From Planctomycetota bacterium (GTDB lineage: Bacteria; Planctomycetota; PLA2; JAEUHO01), in NCBI GenBank assembly GCA_965222115.1, contig CBDCTJ010000007.1, positions 2,752,001 to 2,816,000 on the forward strand: 64,000 nucleotides of DNA. The letters are read 5' to 3'. Numbering within the stretch: position 1 is the stretch's first letter; each line of letters opens with the position of its first letter. A model generated the notes under the pieces. The model was not told the origin of the DNA, ran no database searches, and saw nothing but the letters and a program-made list of their open reading frames with translations. Below, piece after piece: positions 26,291 to 35,608 of the stretch. The position numbers were made by a program, and so were the translations under genes.

Positions 26291-27952
26291 TCAATTCTTT
26301 CGGACGCGATATTCCCCGCCACCAATTTGGGCAAGTTCGCGCATGAAGTCGGCGTCGTGGTCCTCGCCAATGCCTACGGCGTGAATGCGCAACTTCAATG
26401 AGTCATTCCACTCGCGCACCGCATCAAGAATGCGTTTGCTATCGAGCAGGCGACCCGCGGTAGGACGGCCGTCGGTGAGAAAGAAGATGGTGTCAACGAC
26501 GGGGCGACCCGTTACGGTGGAAGCGAAACGAAATCCCGCTTCCAGCGCGTCGTGGATGTTGGTGCCCCCCACGGGCTTCTGTTTCGTGACCCAGCCTTGA
26601 ATGACCTTCTTGGTGCCTTCGCTGGCAGTCTTGGCCTTGGATTGCCAGGGAATCACCGAATGATTGAAGAAGATCACGCCGAACTGATCGGTTGGATTGA
26701 GTCCATGGATAGCACCCATCAGCTCACGCTTGGCCACGTCCATTTTCGTTTGACGCTTGGCGGCTTCCTTTCGGGGGACGCGGTCCATCGAACCTGAAAT
26801 GTCGATGATGTAGAGGACGCGATCACTGAATGTTGGAATGCCGTAGAACGTGCCGCCCTTTTTGCTTTGATCACTCACTGTGTGGGGCACGGGGTTTTTT
26901 GGCAGGATGAACTGCTCACCATGCTCATCCCACCACGTCTTCCAAGGCCCGGGGTAGGGACCGTGCTTCAATCCGGTGAGCGACGTGAGCGCGCGCTGCG
27001 CATCCTCGCGAAGTCGGGCGATATCTTCGCGTCCCAAAAATGTGATCAGCGGCATGATGCAACGCTTGTCGTGCATACGCGCCAGGGCCTCGATGCCATC
27101 GAGCGTCAAATTGCTCTGGTCGGGCGGCAATTTCAGCGTGGCGATGGCGCGTGGGAAGGTGCGCCCATCGCCATGCGCAGCAAGCACACGCAGGGCGAGG
27201 CGGCGGATCGATGGCGGCGTCTCGCTGTTGTCATAGACGGCGACCAGACGTTCATCCACTTCGGGCTTTCGTACATCCCACACCGCATGGAGCCAACGAA
27301 CACGGTCCGGAGGTTTCTTAGACAAGAGCCACGCGTTTTCGATTTGCGTGAGCGACTGAATGAGCGCGTCCCCGTCCAGCGTGCGCAACATCGCCGTTGT
27401 GACGAGCGTGGCGGACTGCATCAGCGCGTCGTTCTGAGCGTATTGATTTTCTAGATCTTTGAGTGTTTTGAGAATGGTCTCCTGTTGTTTGCCAACCTTC
27501 TTCGACTTCTTGTTGAACCGGTCAATGTCGTGCCCCGACTTCGTGCTCATATCGAACTGCTCTTGGAGACTTTGCAGTTTGTCAATGCAGTTTTCGTACT
27601 TCTCTTCGCACGATCGCTGAAGCTTCACCAGTTTCTGTCGTTGCCCCGCAACCCGCTTCACGCCGCCAAGAAGCAACTCGATGGCCCGAGGACCTGCCAT
27701 GGGGCGGAGCAACTCAAAGGCACGTGCGCGCACTGCGGGATCTTTGTCGCTCAGGGTGCTCTTGAACTGTTTTTCAATGCGGTTTTGCTCTTCCTTGGAG
27801 AGCGGGCTCGATGTGGCGGGTGCGTCGTCCTTGGCCCACGCGATATCCGGCGCACATCCAAGCAGCACAAGTCCCGCGAGGAGCGCTATCGCGCCGAGCG
27901 TGCGTGCGACCCGACGATCTTCGAAGAAAGCCATCATGTGCCTGCTAACCAC
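26291..27952 (-). CDS. Secreted HEAT-repeat + von Willebrand factor A domain protein
   Basis: Signal peptide; TFYGIP, MIDAS DISGSM, GGTNIHDALE, FFLTDGRPT, IHAVGIG. Confidence 0.85.
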   Translation of the reverse strand: MVSRHMMAFFEDRRVARTLGAIALLAGLVLLGCAPDIAWAKDDAPATSSPLSKEEQNRIEKQFKSTLSDKDPAVRARAFELLRPMAGPRAIELLLGGVKRVAGQRQKLVKLQRSCEEKYENCIDKLQSLQEQFDMSTKSGHDIDRFNKKSKKVGKQQETILKTLKDLENQYAQNDALMQSATLVTTAMLRTLDGDALIQSLTQIENAWLLSKKPPDRVRWLHAVWDVRKPEVDERLVAVYDNSETPPSIRRLALRVLAAHGDGRTFPRAIATLKLPPDQSNLTLDGIEALARMHDKRCIMPLITFLGREDIARLREDAQRALTSLTGLKHGPYPGPWKTWWDEHGEQFILPKNPVPHTVSDQSKKGGTFYGIPTFSDRVLYIIDISGSMDRVPRKEAAKRQTKMDVAKRELMGAIHGLNPTDQFGVIFFNHSVIPWQSKAKTASEGTKKVIQGWVTKQKPVGGTNIHDALEAGFRFASTVTGRPVVDTIFFLTDGRPTAGRLLDSKRILDAVREWNDSLKLRIHAVGIGEDHDADFMRELAQIGGGEYRVRKN

Positions 27953-29147
27953 CCTTTGCGTTCACGGTCTCGGGGTCCGTCGGTTCCGTTGTGGATGGCG
28001 CGTTCGACGCCTCACCATTCTCGCTACCGTCATAGCCGTCGGTTGCGTCGTAGCCATCGAACGTGGGTAGACAGAGCTGGCGCGTGAGCGACTTTTTGGC
28101 GCGCACCATCTTCAGAAACGTCTCGCGCAATTCATCAAACCGCGCTTCGGCTTCGGCGCTGTCGCCCACGATGGGTACCTGGGCCGCAGCAAACGTGTCG
28201 TGCCCCCCACCATGGCCGTCGCTGATCGCACGGGCGACGGCCCCCGCGGCCAAGTCGGGATCGTTGCTCTTCACGCTGCGGAGTGAGCAGTACAGCACCG
28301 GCGATTCACCTTCTGGCGGAACATGGTAGCCCGCCGCAAGTGCCCACTTCACCCCCTCGAGTCGGAAGAGCAAGTCGGCAACTTCTGCTACCAGGTCGGC
28401 GTGGGCAATGGTGCCCAAGTAGGTAGACACGGTGAAGTCGGTCACCAGCGCTTGCTGAAGCGCGCGGGCCATCGTGACAAAATAGGTTTGGGGTACGCGG
28501 GCACGTTCGATGCGCGCCAGGATCTGTTTATCGGAAAGCTTGTAGACCTGTTCATACACCCGTTCGTCTTCCGAACTCACACCGCGCGACAAGTCCATGG
28601 TATCGGTGCGGATGCCGTACGTGAGGGCGGTAGCGAGTACCCGATCCATTGGAATGTTGTGATCGACAAACAGCGCCCCCACCATGGTGCTGGTGCTACC
28701 AAACGTTGGATCGCAGTATGGAAACGGGATGCCTACTAGCGAACTTACGCCAGGGTGGTGGTCAATCACAATGTCGGGCGTTACACCCTGAGGCAGCCGA
28801 CAGGTTCCCGCGCCGGGATGCGTGTCCACCACAATGATCAAGTCAAAGTCGTCGTAGTTCAGGCGGTAGGATGGTCGTATGGAAATGGCGAGATGACGAA
28901 GCATGGCACGGTTTTCAACCCGTCCGACGCGGCCCGTGTAAGCCAGCACCGCATCCACTTCAAACAGCCGGCGCAACAATACCCGGAGCGCCTCGGCCGA
29001 CGCGAGCGCATCGGGATCGGGGTTGTGCTGCAAATGAATGAGCGGGCTCTGCTTGCCGCGGGCGATCTCGATGAGCCGCAGCAGCGGCGAACCGCTGGGC
29101 GGGGCGGTCGCCGACGGCGCCTGGGTGGTGTTACTGGCTTCAGCCAC
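27945..29147 (-). CDS. DHH/DHHA1 phosphoesterase (NrnA-like)
   Basis: HNPDPDALAS, VVDT, IDHH, YGIRTDT, GGGHDTFAAA. Confidence 0.9.
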   Translation of the reverse strand: MAEASNTTQAPSATAPPSGSPLLRLIEIARGKQSPLIHLQHNPDPDALASAEALRVLLRRLFEVDAVLAYTGRVGRVENRAMLRHLAISIRPSYRLNYDDFDLIIVVDTHPGAGTCRLPQGVTPDIVIDHHPGVSSLVGIPFPYCDPTFGSTSTMVGALFVDHNIPMDRVLATALTYGIRTDTMDLSRGVSSEDERVYEQVYKLSDKQILARIERARVPQTYFVTMARALQQALVTDFTVSTYLGTIAHADLVAEVADLLFRLEGVKWALAAGYHVPPEGESPVLYCSLRSVKSNDPDLAAGAVARAISDGHGGGHDTFAAAQVPIVGDSAEAEARFDELRETFLKMVRAKKSLTRQLCLPTFDGYDATDGYDGSENGEASNAPSTTEPTDPETVNAKGG

Positions 29148-29234
29148 ACGTCGAAGTCTACCCCGAGGCCCTCGGCCCTTCTCGCTCGCGACGGGGCTGC
29201 CTCAGATTGTCGTAAGCCATTATGGTGAAAAGTC

Positions 29235-29630
29235 TTAGCCTCGATCGGCCCTTCGTTCATAGCCGAGCTCTTTTAGGATTCCCAATACCTCGGACCACGT
29301 AGGGAAGGATCGCCCACTGCGCTCCTTGAAGCGATTGATGGCGCGGATGAACTCGAGCGTCTCTTCTTCCATGTCGTATTGATTGATGCTGCGCGGCCGC
29401 CGGCGAGGTCCGGCGCGTCGATCCGCCGTCTTGCGCCGATCGGGATCCACCTTGATGTTTTTCTGGCGACGTTCGCCCTTTCGGCGTTCCCTGCGCACCC
29501 GACGGTCCATCTCGGGAGTCGGCACATCGGAATTAGAGGGCGACGTTTGGTCCGGTACTGCACGAGGGGCGGCGGACTCATCGTGTCCGGGCGGCTCATC
29601 GTTGACTTCGCTCATGACGTCAGGGTACAC
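29235..29630 (-). CDS. Conserved small hypothetical protein with repeated DRR/ERR motifs
   Basis: DRRVRRERRKGERR, DRRKTADRR, C-terminal EFIRAINRFKERSGRSFPTWSEVLGILKELGY. Confidence 0.75.
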   Translation of the reverse strand: MYPDVMSEVNDEPPGHDESAAPRAVPDQTSPSNSDVPTPEMDRRVRRERRKGERRQKNIKVDPDRRKTADRRAGPRRRPRSINQYDMEEETLEFIRAINRFKERSGRSFPTWSEVLGILKELGYERRADRG

Positions 29631-29702
29631 GGGCGCACCATGGAATTGTGCGTTGATTGTGTGAGGAGGTAGGGCCTGCGCCCACGGAGCCTTTGCACGG
29701 CG

Positions 29703-31793
29703 TTATCCGCCTTCCTTGAAGACGATTTGGATGGCTTTGACTTCGCCGCTATTTACACGCTCTTTGTCGGCTGCCTTCCAGTTGGTGCCGACAACATAGG
29801 CACGAACCTCAATGGGACCCGGTGGTACCTCAATCTCTCCATCACGTGAGAGACCTTGCACGCGCTTGAACTCGCCCGTGCCAACCTTCATTTCCAAGAT
29901 CACCATGCCTTTGGGCCGTCGTCCATCGGCCGTCACAAAGCCGGCAAACCGGAGCTTTGCAAAGCGCTTCAATATGAGCGCACTCAACTCAGTGTGTTCG
30001 CCCGCTTCGACAACAAACGGCGGCGACTCGGCGGTTACGAAACCTACTGCCGAGACGCGCAACTTGTAGCGCCCGGGTGCTACGCCGCGGGCGTCGATCA
30101 TCCCTTCGCGCGATAAAAAGTTACCGAGCTCCGATTCCGGGCCTGGTGGCGTGGCATTGCCCGTCTTGGCGGGCGCCAAGCGAATCAGTTTGGCCATCGC
30201 GGGATCCACGACATGGGCGCCGTCGCCATCGAGGGGCAAGATGAAGCTTCCGCCGCCCTCCATATCGAACTCGACCGCCGCGGTACCCATTGGCTTTACG
30301 TCGAACGTAACGGGTTGCGAAGATTCAGATTCCACCGTGCACCAAGCCTCGTACGATCCAGGTGAGATCTCAGACAAGGCAAATGTCTGATCGGCGCGCA
30401 GCACGGCGCGACGAAGCGAGCGAGCGAGTACGTGGCCATTCTCGTCCCGCTGCGTCATATGGACGCGAACGGGCCCCCCCGCGTGTCGTCGTGCGCCACC
30501 TTTGAGTCGCGCGACCAACGCACTCTTGCGCTCCGCAACCATCACCAGATCATCGGTCCCAGGTTTCACGGCGTATTCATGCAAAATGCCAATCGCCGGG
30601 TGCCGCGCTTCCAGATTGTGGACCTCGGTTGCGAGACCCGCGACGCGAAAGCTGCCGTCGCTGCCCGTGATGGCCTTTCGGGGCCGGCCATTGACGTAAT
30701 ACGTATGGCGCGGCGTGGCGACGATGCTGCGCGCGTGGATTTCGACACCGGCCACGCCGCGGCCGTCCCCGTCAATGACTTTGCCCGAGATCTCGCCGCC
30801 CTTCTTGAGCCGCAATTCGCGATGGGCGGTTTTACCCGGTGTAACAATCAGGCGCCGCGGCGCTTTGGAGCCGCCATCGGGACGATCCATATCGGTCCAG
30901 GCGTATTCGGGATGGGTGACGACAAACTCGAGTTGCACCTCATCGCCGAGTGGACCGATTTCGAAACGGCCCTGTTTGTCAGTATACAGACGTAACGAAC
31001 TGCCTCCCTCGTAGCGAATACCCCACACGCGCTCGCCCAAATGCTTTGCAATGAACTGTACCAACTGCGGAATCTGCGAAAATCGCGGTCGCATTTCGGG
31101 CGTCCACGTGCGGGTTCCGACGTGTTCGCCTTCCTCTGGCGTATCGATCGGGGGCACGGTGATGGATTGAAGATTGACTTCCACAAGCGCGTCGGCAACA
31201 GGGGCGCCGCTCTCGTCGTCTACGACGCGGCCCTTGACGCGCCCCCCCTCCTGCAAATGAAACAGGAGATCGTCGCGACCGTGCTTGGACGTTTCGTCGC
31301 CACGGACATCGAGCACTTGAAGAAAGTACCCATCGTGAAATGCCACCACATGGCTAATCATCTGGCCGGCATCGGCTGCCAACGTGAAATGTCCATCACC
31401 GTCGCTACGGGTTTCCGCGGCGATGCCATTGTTTCCTACCAAGGCTACGCCGTACGGGTTGATGGAGTCGTCCGATTCTTCATCCGGATCGAGTCCCGCG
31501 GGCCCACCCTTCAAAAGCCCGGTTGAATATTCAACCAACAACACGGTGGCGCCTTCAATCGGGGTGTCGGATCGAGTCAGCACCCTGCCTGCATACACGC
31601 CGCCCGCTTGCGGGCGGAGCGCGCGAGCCCCCTTCATGTATTCAGGCATAGGCGCTGGATCGGGCGTGTGTTCTTTGGAAGGGGTAGGCAGCGCCTCATA
31701 GTCAGGCGGCGTCGCATTGCCCCCAAAGAGGATGAATGTGACGAGGGCCGCAGCTAGGGCGATCAACACAGCGAGGATTGCAACGGTTCGCAT
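29703..31793 (-). CDS. Membrane-anchored protein with carboxypeptidase-regulatory-like (transthyretin-fold) repeats
   Basis: N-terminal TM; repeats GRVLTRSDTPIEGATV, GRVVDDESGAPVADA, SGKVIDGDGRGVAGV, TDKQGRFEI, TGSDGSFRVAGL. Confidence 0.8.
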   Translation of the reverse strand: MRTVAILAVLIALAAALVTFILFGGNATPPDYEALPTPSKEHTPDPAPMPEYMKGARALRPQAGGVYAGRVLTRSDTPIEGATVLLVEYSTGLLKGGPAGLDPDEESDDSINPYGVALVGNNGIAAETRSDGDGHFTLAADAGQMISHVVAFHDGYFLQVLDVRGDETSKHGRDDLLFHLQEGGRVKGRVVDDESGAPVADALVEVNLQSITVPPIDTPEEGEHVGTRTWTPEMRPRFSQIPQLVQFIAKHLGERVWGIRYEGGSSLRLYTDKQGRFEIGPLGDEVQLEFVVTHPEYAWTDMDRPDGGSKAPRRLIVTPGKTAHRELRLKKGGEISGKVIDGDGRGVAGVEIHARSIVATPRHTYYVNGRPRKAITGSDGSFRVAGLATEVHNLEARHPAIGILHEYAVKPGTDDLVMVAERKSALVARLKGGARRHAGGPVRVHMTQRDENGHVLARSLRRAVLRADQTFALSEISPGSYEAWCTVESESSQPVTFDVKPMGTAAVEFDMEGGGSFILPLDGDGAHVVDPAMAKLIRLAPAKTGNATPPGPESELGNFLSREGMIDARGVAPGRYKLRVSAVGFVTAESPPFVVEAGEHTELSALILKRFAKLRFAGFVTADGRRPKGMVILEMKVGTGEFKRVQGLSRDGEIEVPPGPIEVRAYVVGTNWKAADKERVNSGEVKAIQIVFKEGG

Positions 31794-32043
31794 GGGATTT
31801 CATCCGAGAGACTGGCACTTCCAAGAAAGCGACGTAGAGCGGACTCGGTACATCGCGGATGCCTATAGGTCACGGCGGCAAGTGACGTGCCGCGCGGAGT
31901 CGTACCGTAACGCCAATCGGAGGGCACCGACATGCCGATGCCGTGCGATGCCGCACGGCGGACACGCGGGTGCGTCGCACTGAATTGCGTGAATGCTAAC
32001 GATTCAGGGCATGGTAGCCCGGACGATTCGTGAAGAGTCCGGG

Positions 32044-32451
32044 TTAGAGGCCATGTTGGGCCAACCGAGCTACGAGCGTCGAGCGATCAAAGGCCGAACT
32101 CTCCTCCCCGGGGACGCGGTAAGAGTCACTGTCCTCGTGATGGGTGCTGAACTCAATGATCTCTGAGTCTTCCAGTCCCCAGAAGCGGTGTTCGACGCCA
32201 ACAGGAATGTGGTGGTGGTCACCGGGACGCATGACGCGCTCGCCGTCCCCCAACTCAAGGAATACCAGTCCCCGCGCGACGTAAAACGTCTCGTCTTTGA
32301 TCTTGTGAAAGTGCAGGCTGCAGCGATAGCCCTTCTTGAGCATGAGACGCTTACCGCAATAGGCCGCGTTGACCAGCCAATGCTCCTCGCCCCACACCTT
32401 CTGAACGCGTTTGGCCGGGGTCTGGGAAAGCACATTCTTCATCGAACTCAT
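32044..32451 (-). CDS. Cupin-domain protein (sugar-isomerase-like)
   Basis: VQKVWGEEHW, CSLHFHKIKDETFYV, IPVGVEHRF, EFSTHHEDSDSYR. Confidence 0.8.
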   Translation of the reverse strand: MSSMKNVLSQTPAKRVQKVWGEEHWLVNAAYCGKRLMLKKGYRCSLHFHKIKDETFYVARGLVFLELGDGERVMRPGDHHHIPVGVEHRFWGLEDSEIIEFSTHHEDSDSYRVPGEESSAFDRSTLVARLAQHGL

Positions 32452-32579
32452 GCGAGGGTCCCGATACGCGTGTCGACTGCACCTGACACAAGCAACAGTC
32501 ACTCGTCTAGTCTCGCACCTACCGGGGGCGCCGCAAGGACTTCATTTTGCCCGAGATCCCCTTGATCAAGTAGTCCGGC

Positions 32580-33905
32580 CTAGCTCGCCACGCTCGACGT
32601 ACGGATCAACGCCTGAATCAGCGCGGGAAAGGGGAGGCCTGCCACGGCAGCCGCCTGAGGCACCAAGCCGCGAGACGTCATGCCCGGGAGCGTATTGACC
32701 TCAAGAACGGTTAGCTCACCCTCGGGTGTCAACATCAGATCCGTACGGGAGAGACCTCGCAGGCCAAGAATTTGGTGCACCACGCGACCAAGGGCTTGCG
32801 CTTCATCCGCAAGGTCGTCCGAAATGGGCGCCGGGCAGATTTCTTCGGCGCCCTGCGTGCTGTATTTTTCGTGATAGTCGAAGAACTGACCACTGCGGGG
32901 CCGAATCTCAACGATTGGCAAACTTGTTAGTCCATCGACGACAACCCCGTCTGGACATGGCGCCCCCTCTAGCACACCGGCTGTAAGCTCGCGCCCCTCG
33001 ACAAAGCGTTCGATCAAGAGCGAGTCCGCCTCGGGGGCCAACTCGTCAATGACGGCTGTGGCTTCTCCGGCATCTCGAACAAGTCGAACTTCTAGCGTGC
33101 TGCCGCCGCACGGATTCTTAATCACAAGCGGTAGACCAAATGCTTCAAGCCATTGATCCACATGGTTGGTTCTTGATGCTAGTACATCCGACGTCTTGGC
33201 AACGAGGAAGTCGGGTGTGGGAATGCCGTGAAACGAGAGCACTTCCTTCGTTCGCACCTTGTCAAACGCCAGGGCACTTCCCTTAACACCGCTGCCTACA
33301 AACGAGAGCCCCGCCGCGCGCAAGCAAGCCTGGATGGTTCCATCCTCGCCAAACGCACCGTGAAGGACGGGAATCACAATGTCGACGCACCAATCTTTGA
33401 GCGCCGATATGCCATCCCATACGCCGTCGTAGGATCGCCAGCCTTCCGTCTGCCGTGGATCGAATCTGGACGTGGGTTGTGGCGCTCCAGAATGGCGCCT
33501 CCCCACTCGCGCATGACTCCCGCGAGGCAGCGCGCGCAATTCCGACACAGCCTGCGTAGACGTAGATCCAGAACTCTCGGCGCGCCATCCCTTTGGCGGC
33601 GTCAACCAACGACCGTCGCGCCCAATGACAAAGGGTCGAACCGCGAAGTGGCGCTGAAAGAGGGCGGCGACCACATTGGCACCGCCTTGCAGACTGACTT
33701 CGTGTTCGCTGCTGGGTCCGCCCATGAGGACAGCGATACGAATGCCATCGGCTCGACGCGCACCGCCTCGCTCGCGTGCATCGCGCGCCCGGCGATCGCG
33801 ATAGGAAGCGGGATTGGGTCGCACGCAGCTCTCCTGTGGATTCGAGGTCCCCTTACTTTGGATCGGCTCTCCGACAGGGCCACTGGCGTCAGCTTTTCCA
33901 TTCAA
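32580..33905 (-). CDS. ddl: D-alanine--D-alanine ligase
   Basis: MGGPSSEHEVSL, LHGAFGEDGTIQ, FDKVRTK, GRELT, FFDYHEKY, EVNTLPGMT; true start probably downstream of 33905. Confidence 0.9.
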   Translation of the reverse strand: MNGKADASGPVGEPIQSKGTSNPQESCVRPNPASYRDRRARDARERGGARRADGIRIAVLMGGPSSEHEVSLQGGANVVAALFQRHFAVRPFVIGRDGRWLTPPKGWRAESSGSTSTQAVSELRALPRGSHARVGRRHSGAPQPTSRFDPRQTEGWRSYDGVWDGISALKDWCVDIVIPVLHGAFGEDGTIQACLRAAGLSFVGSGVKGSALAFDKVRTKEVLSFHGIPTPDFLVAKTSDVLASRTNHVDQWLEAFGLPLVIKNPCGGSTLEVRLVRDAGEATAVIDELAPEADSLLIERFVEGRELTAGVLEGAPCPDGVVVDGLTSLPIVEIRPRSGQFFDYHEKYSTQGAEEICPAPISDDLADEAQALGRVVHQILGLRGLSRTDLMLTPEGELTVLEVNTLPGMTSRGLVPQAAAVAGLPFPALIQALIRTSSVAS

Positions 33906-33935
33906 TGCGAGCGTCGCAAGGGCTGAATGGCGAAT

Positions 33936-35261
33936 CTACTGCGAATCCACTTGATGGGCTTCGGACCCGTCGAGTTCTCGCGGGCGAAGGGCGATGGGAA
34001 ATGTGGGCTCCCGTCCGAGTTCGTTGTGCCATCGCACGACTTCCTCGCCGACGAGTGCTTGAGCCGACGCGAGACTGTCCACGCCCGTCGCGTGCTTCAC
34101 CGGCGCAAACTCCCACGCGCGACAGACCTCATGTACTTCGAGACGAGGCGCCTCGGGCAAGATGTCGAAGATGAACCGCTCAAGCTTGGTGGCATTGGGA
34201 GCGGTGGGATGCACAAGGCCGGTGGCCTTGGTCCAGTAGGGCGACTTCTTTGTCGCGCGATGCAGTGGCCCCACATAACCGCCCGCATACGTGGCTTGCA
34301 GCCAGCGCAGGCTCATGGCGTGGATCGCGATACTCCCGAGGGTCAGATCGTCCGCGCCCTCATCGGGCAACTCGGAGTACTCGACAATTCGGTGGCGCCC
34401 CTGCAGGTCGCGCGCGAATACCCCAACGCGTTCATCCGGGGACGCCTTGGCCACCGCTTTGGTCACCACGTGAGCCCGGCGTTCTAGCATCCAGCCCAGC
34501 ATCACGGGATCGAGTGGACGCGCCAGTGGATTGTCCACTTGAAACGTAGAGATCACCTCAACGCCCGCGTCGAGCAGACGATCCATCGCGCCAAAACGAT
34601 GTAGCGCCGTGTGAGCGCCGCCGTGGCCGTCGGGTGCGGTGGCGAGTTCCCCGGGTGCCGCCAACAATGCTCGACCGTCCGCGTCAAAGCAGGGGAGCCG
34701 GCCTTGCACGAGGATCGTGGTTTGATCCGGCTGGAGACCGAAGGAAGTGCCGTGTTTGCTGAACGTTTCGCGTGTTGCTGCTTCGGTGGCCTCATTGACC
34801 AGCACGAGCAACGGAACGGCATGGCCGGTGCGTTCGCTCCAGCGCGCAACGCGCTCGGCATGAATGCGATAGAGCGTTCGACCTGCGTCGGGCCCGAACT
34901 CGACATTGCCCTTGGGCCCATCAAGGCCCAGCCGCGTGCCCTGACCGCCTGCCAGCAAGAAGGCCGCCACTTTCCCCTTGTGTAGGAGTTCGAGGCCGCG
35001 ACGTGCAAGGCGTGCGCGCAACCCACCCTCCGCTCGTTGCCGCTTCCAACGCAGTGCAATGGGTGGACGCAAAACAGCGCTGCTAGCAGGCGCGGGGGCA
35101 TGTAGCGCGGCGTGGCATTCGGTCCACGGCACCCGCGCGAGTTGCTCTTGAAACCGGGCACGTGCCGCATCGCTGAGCGTAGCTACGTGCGAAAGCAGAT
35201 GCGATTGCTCGGCGGCGCGAAGCTGCTGCGCTAATGAGTCGTCAATCACAGTTATTGTCAA
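33936..35261 (-). CDS. UDPGP-family nucleotidyltransferase (eukaryote-type UDP-N-acetylglucosamine pyrophosphorylase-like)
   Basis: LLAGGQGTRLG..GPKG, APDGHGG, QVDNPL, ERVGV, VEYSEL, KLERFIFD, EFAPVK. Confidence 0.88.
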   Translation of the reverse strand: MTITVIDDSLAQQLRAAEQSHLLSHVATLSDAARARFQEQLARVPWTECHAALHAPAPASSAVLRPPIALRWKRQRAEGGLRARLARRGLELLHKGKVAAFLLAGGQGTRLGLDGPKGNVEFGPDAGRTLYRIHAERVARWSERTGHAVPLLVLVNEATEAATRETFSKHGTSFGLQPDQTTILVQGRLPCFDADGRALLAAPGELATAPDGHGGAHTALHRFGAMDRLLDAGVEVISTFQVDNPLARPLDPVMLGWMLERRAHVVTKAVAKASPDERVGVFARDLQGRHRIVEYSELPDEGADDLTLGSIAIHAMSLRWLQATYAGGYVGPLHRATKKSPYWTKATGLVHPTAPNATKLERFIFDILPEAPRLEVHEVCRAWEFAPVKHATGVDSLASAQALVGEEVVRWHNELGREPTFPIALRPRELDGSEAHQVDSQ

Positions 35262-35356
35262 TTGCTCGTATTGTCTATAGCTCGCTGCGTGTGCCGATCT
35301 AGCGCTGCTTTCGAAGCATCGACAAGAGCGCTAAGCCACGCTGGCGCCACCCGCTA

Positions 35357-35608
35357 TTCTACACCTTGCCGAAGGCAACGGTGACCCTAAATCTTGCCGA
35401 AGGCAACGGTAACCCTAAATCTTGCCGAAGGCAACGGTAACCCTAAATCTTGCCGAAGGCAACGGTAACCCTAAATCTTGCCGAAGGCAACGGTAACCCT
35501 AAATCTTGCCGAAGGCAACGGTAACCCTAAATCTTGCCGAAGGCAACGGTAACCCTAAATCTTGCCGAAGGCAACGGTAACCCTAAATCTTGCCGAAGGC
35601 AACGGTAA
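35357..35608. repeat. 28-bp tandem array (8 identical + 1 variant unit) copying the fabF 3' end
   Basis: ccctaaatcttgccgaaggcaacggtaa starts at 35385, 35413, 35441, 35469, 35497, 35525, 35553, 35581; variant unit at 35357; no spacers. Confidence 0.97.

Noticed and set aside
35357-35608. CRISPR array (28-bp palindromic repeat with a degenerate terminal copy)
   Set aside because: Units are head-to-tail with no spacers, equal the fabF coding end, and no cas genes are in the window
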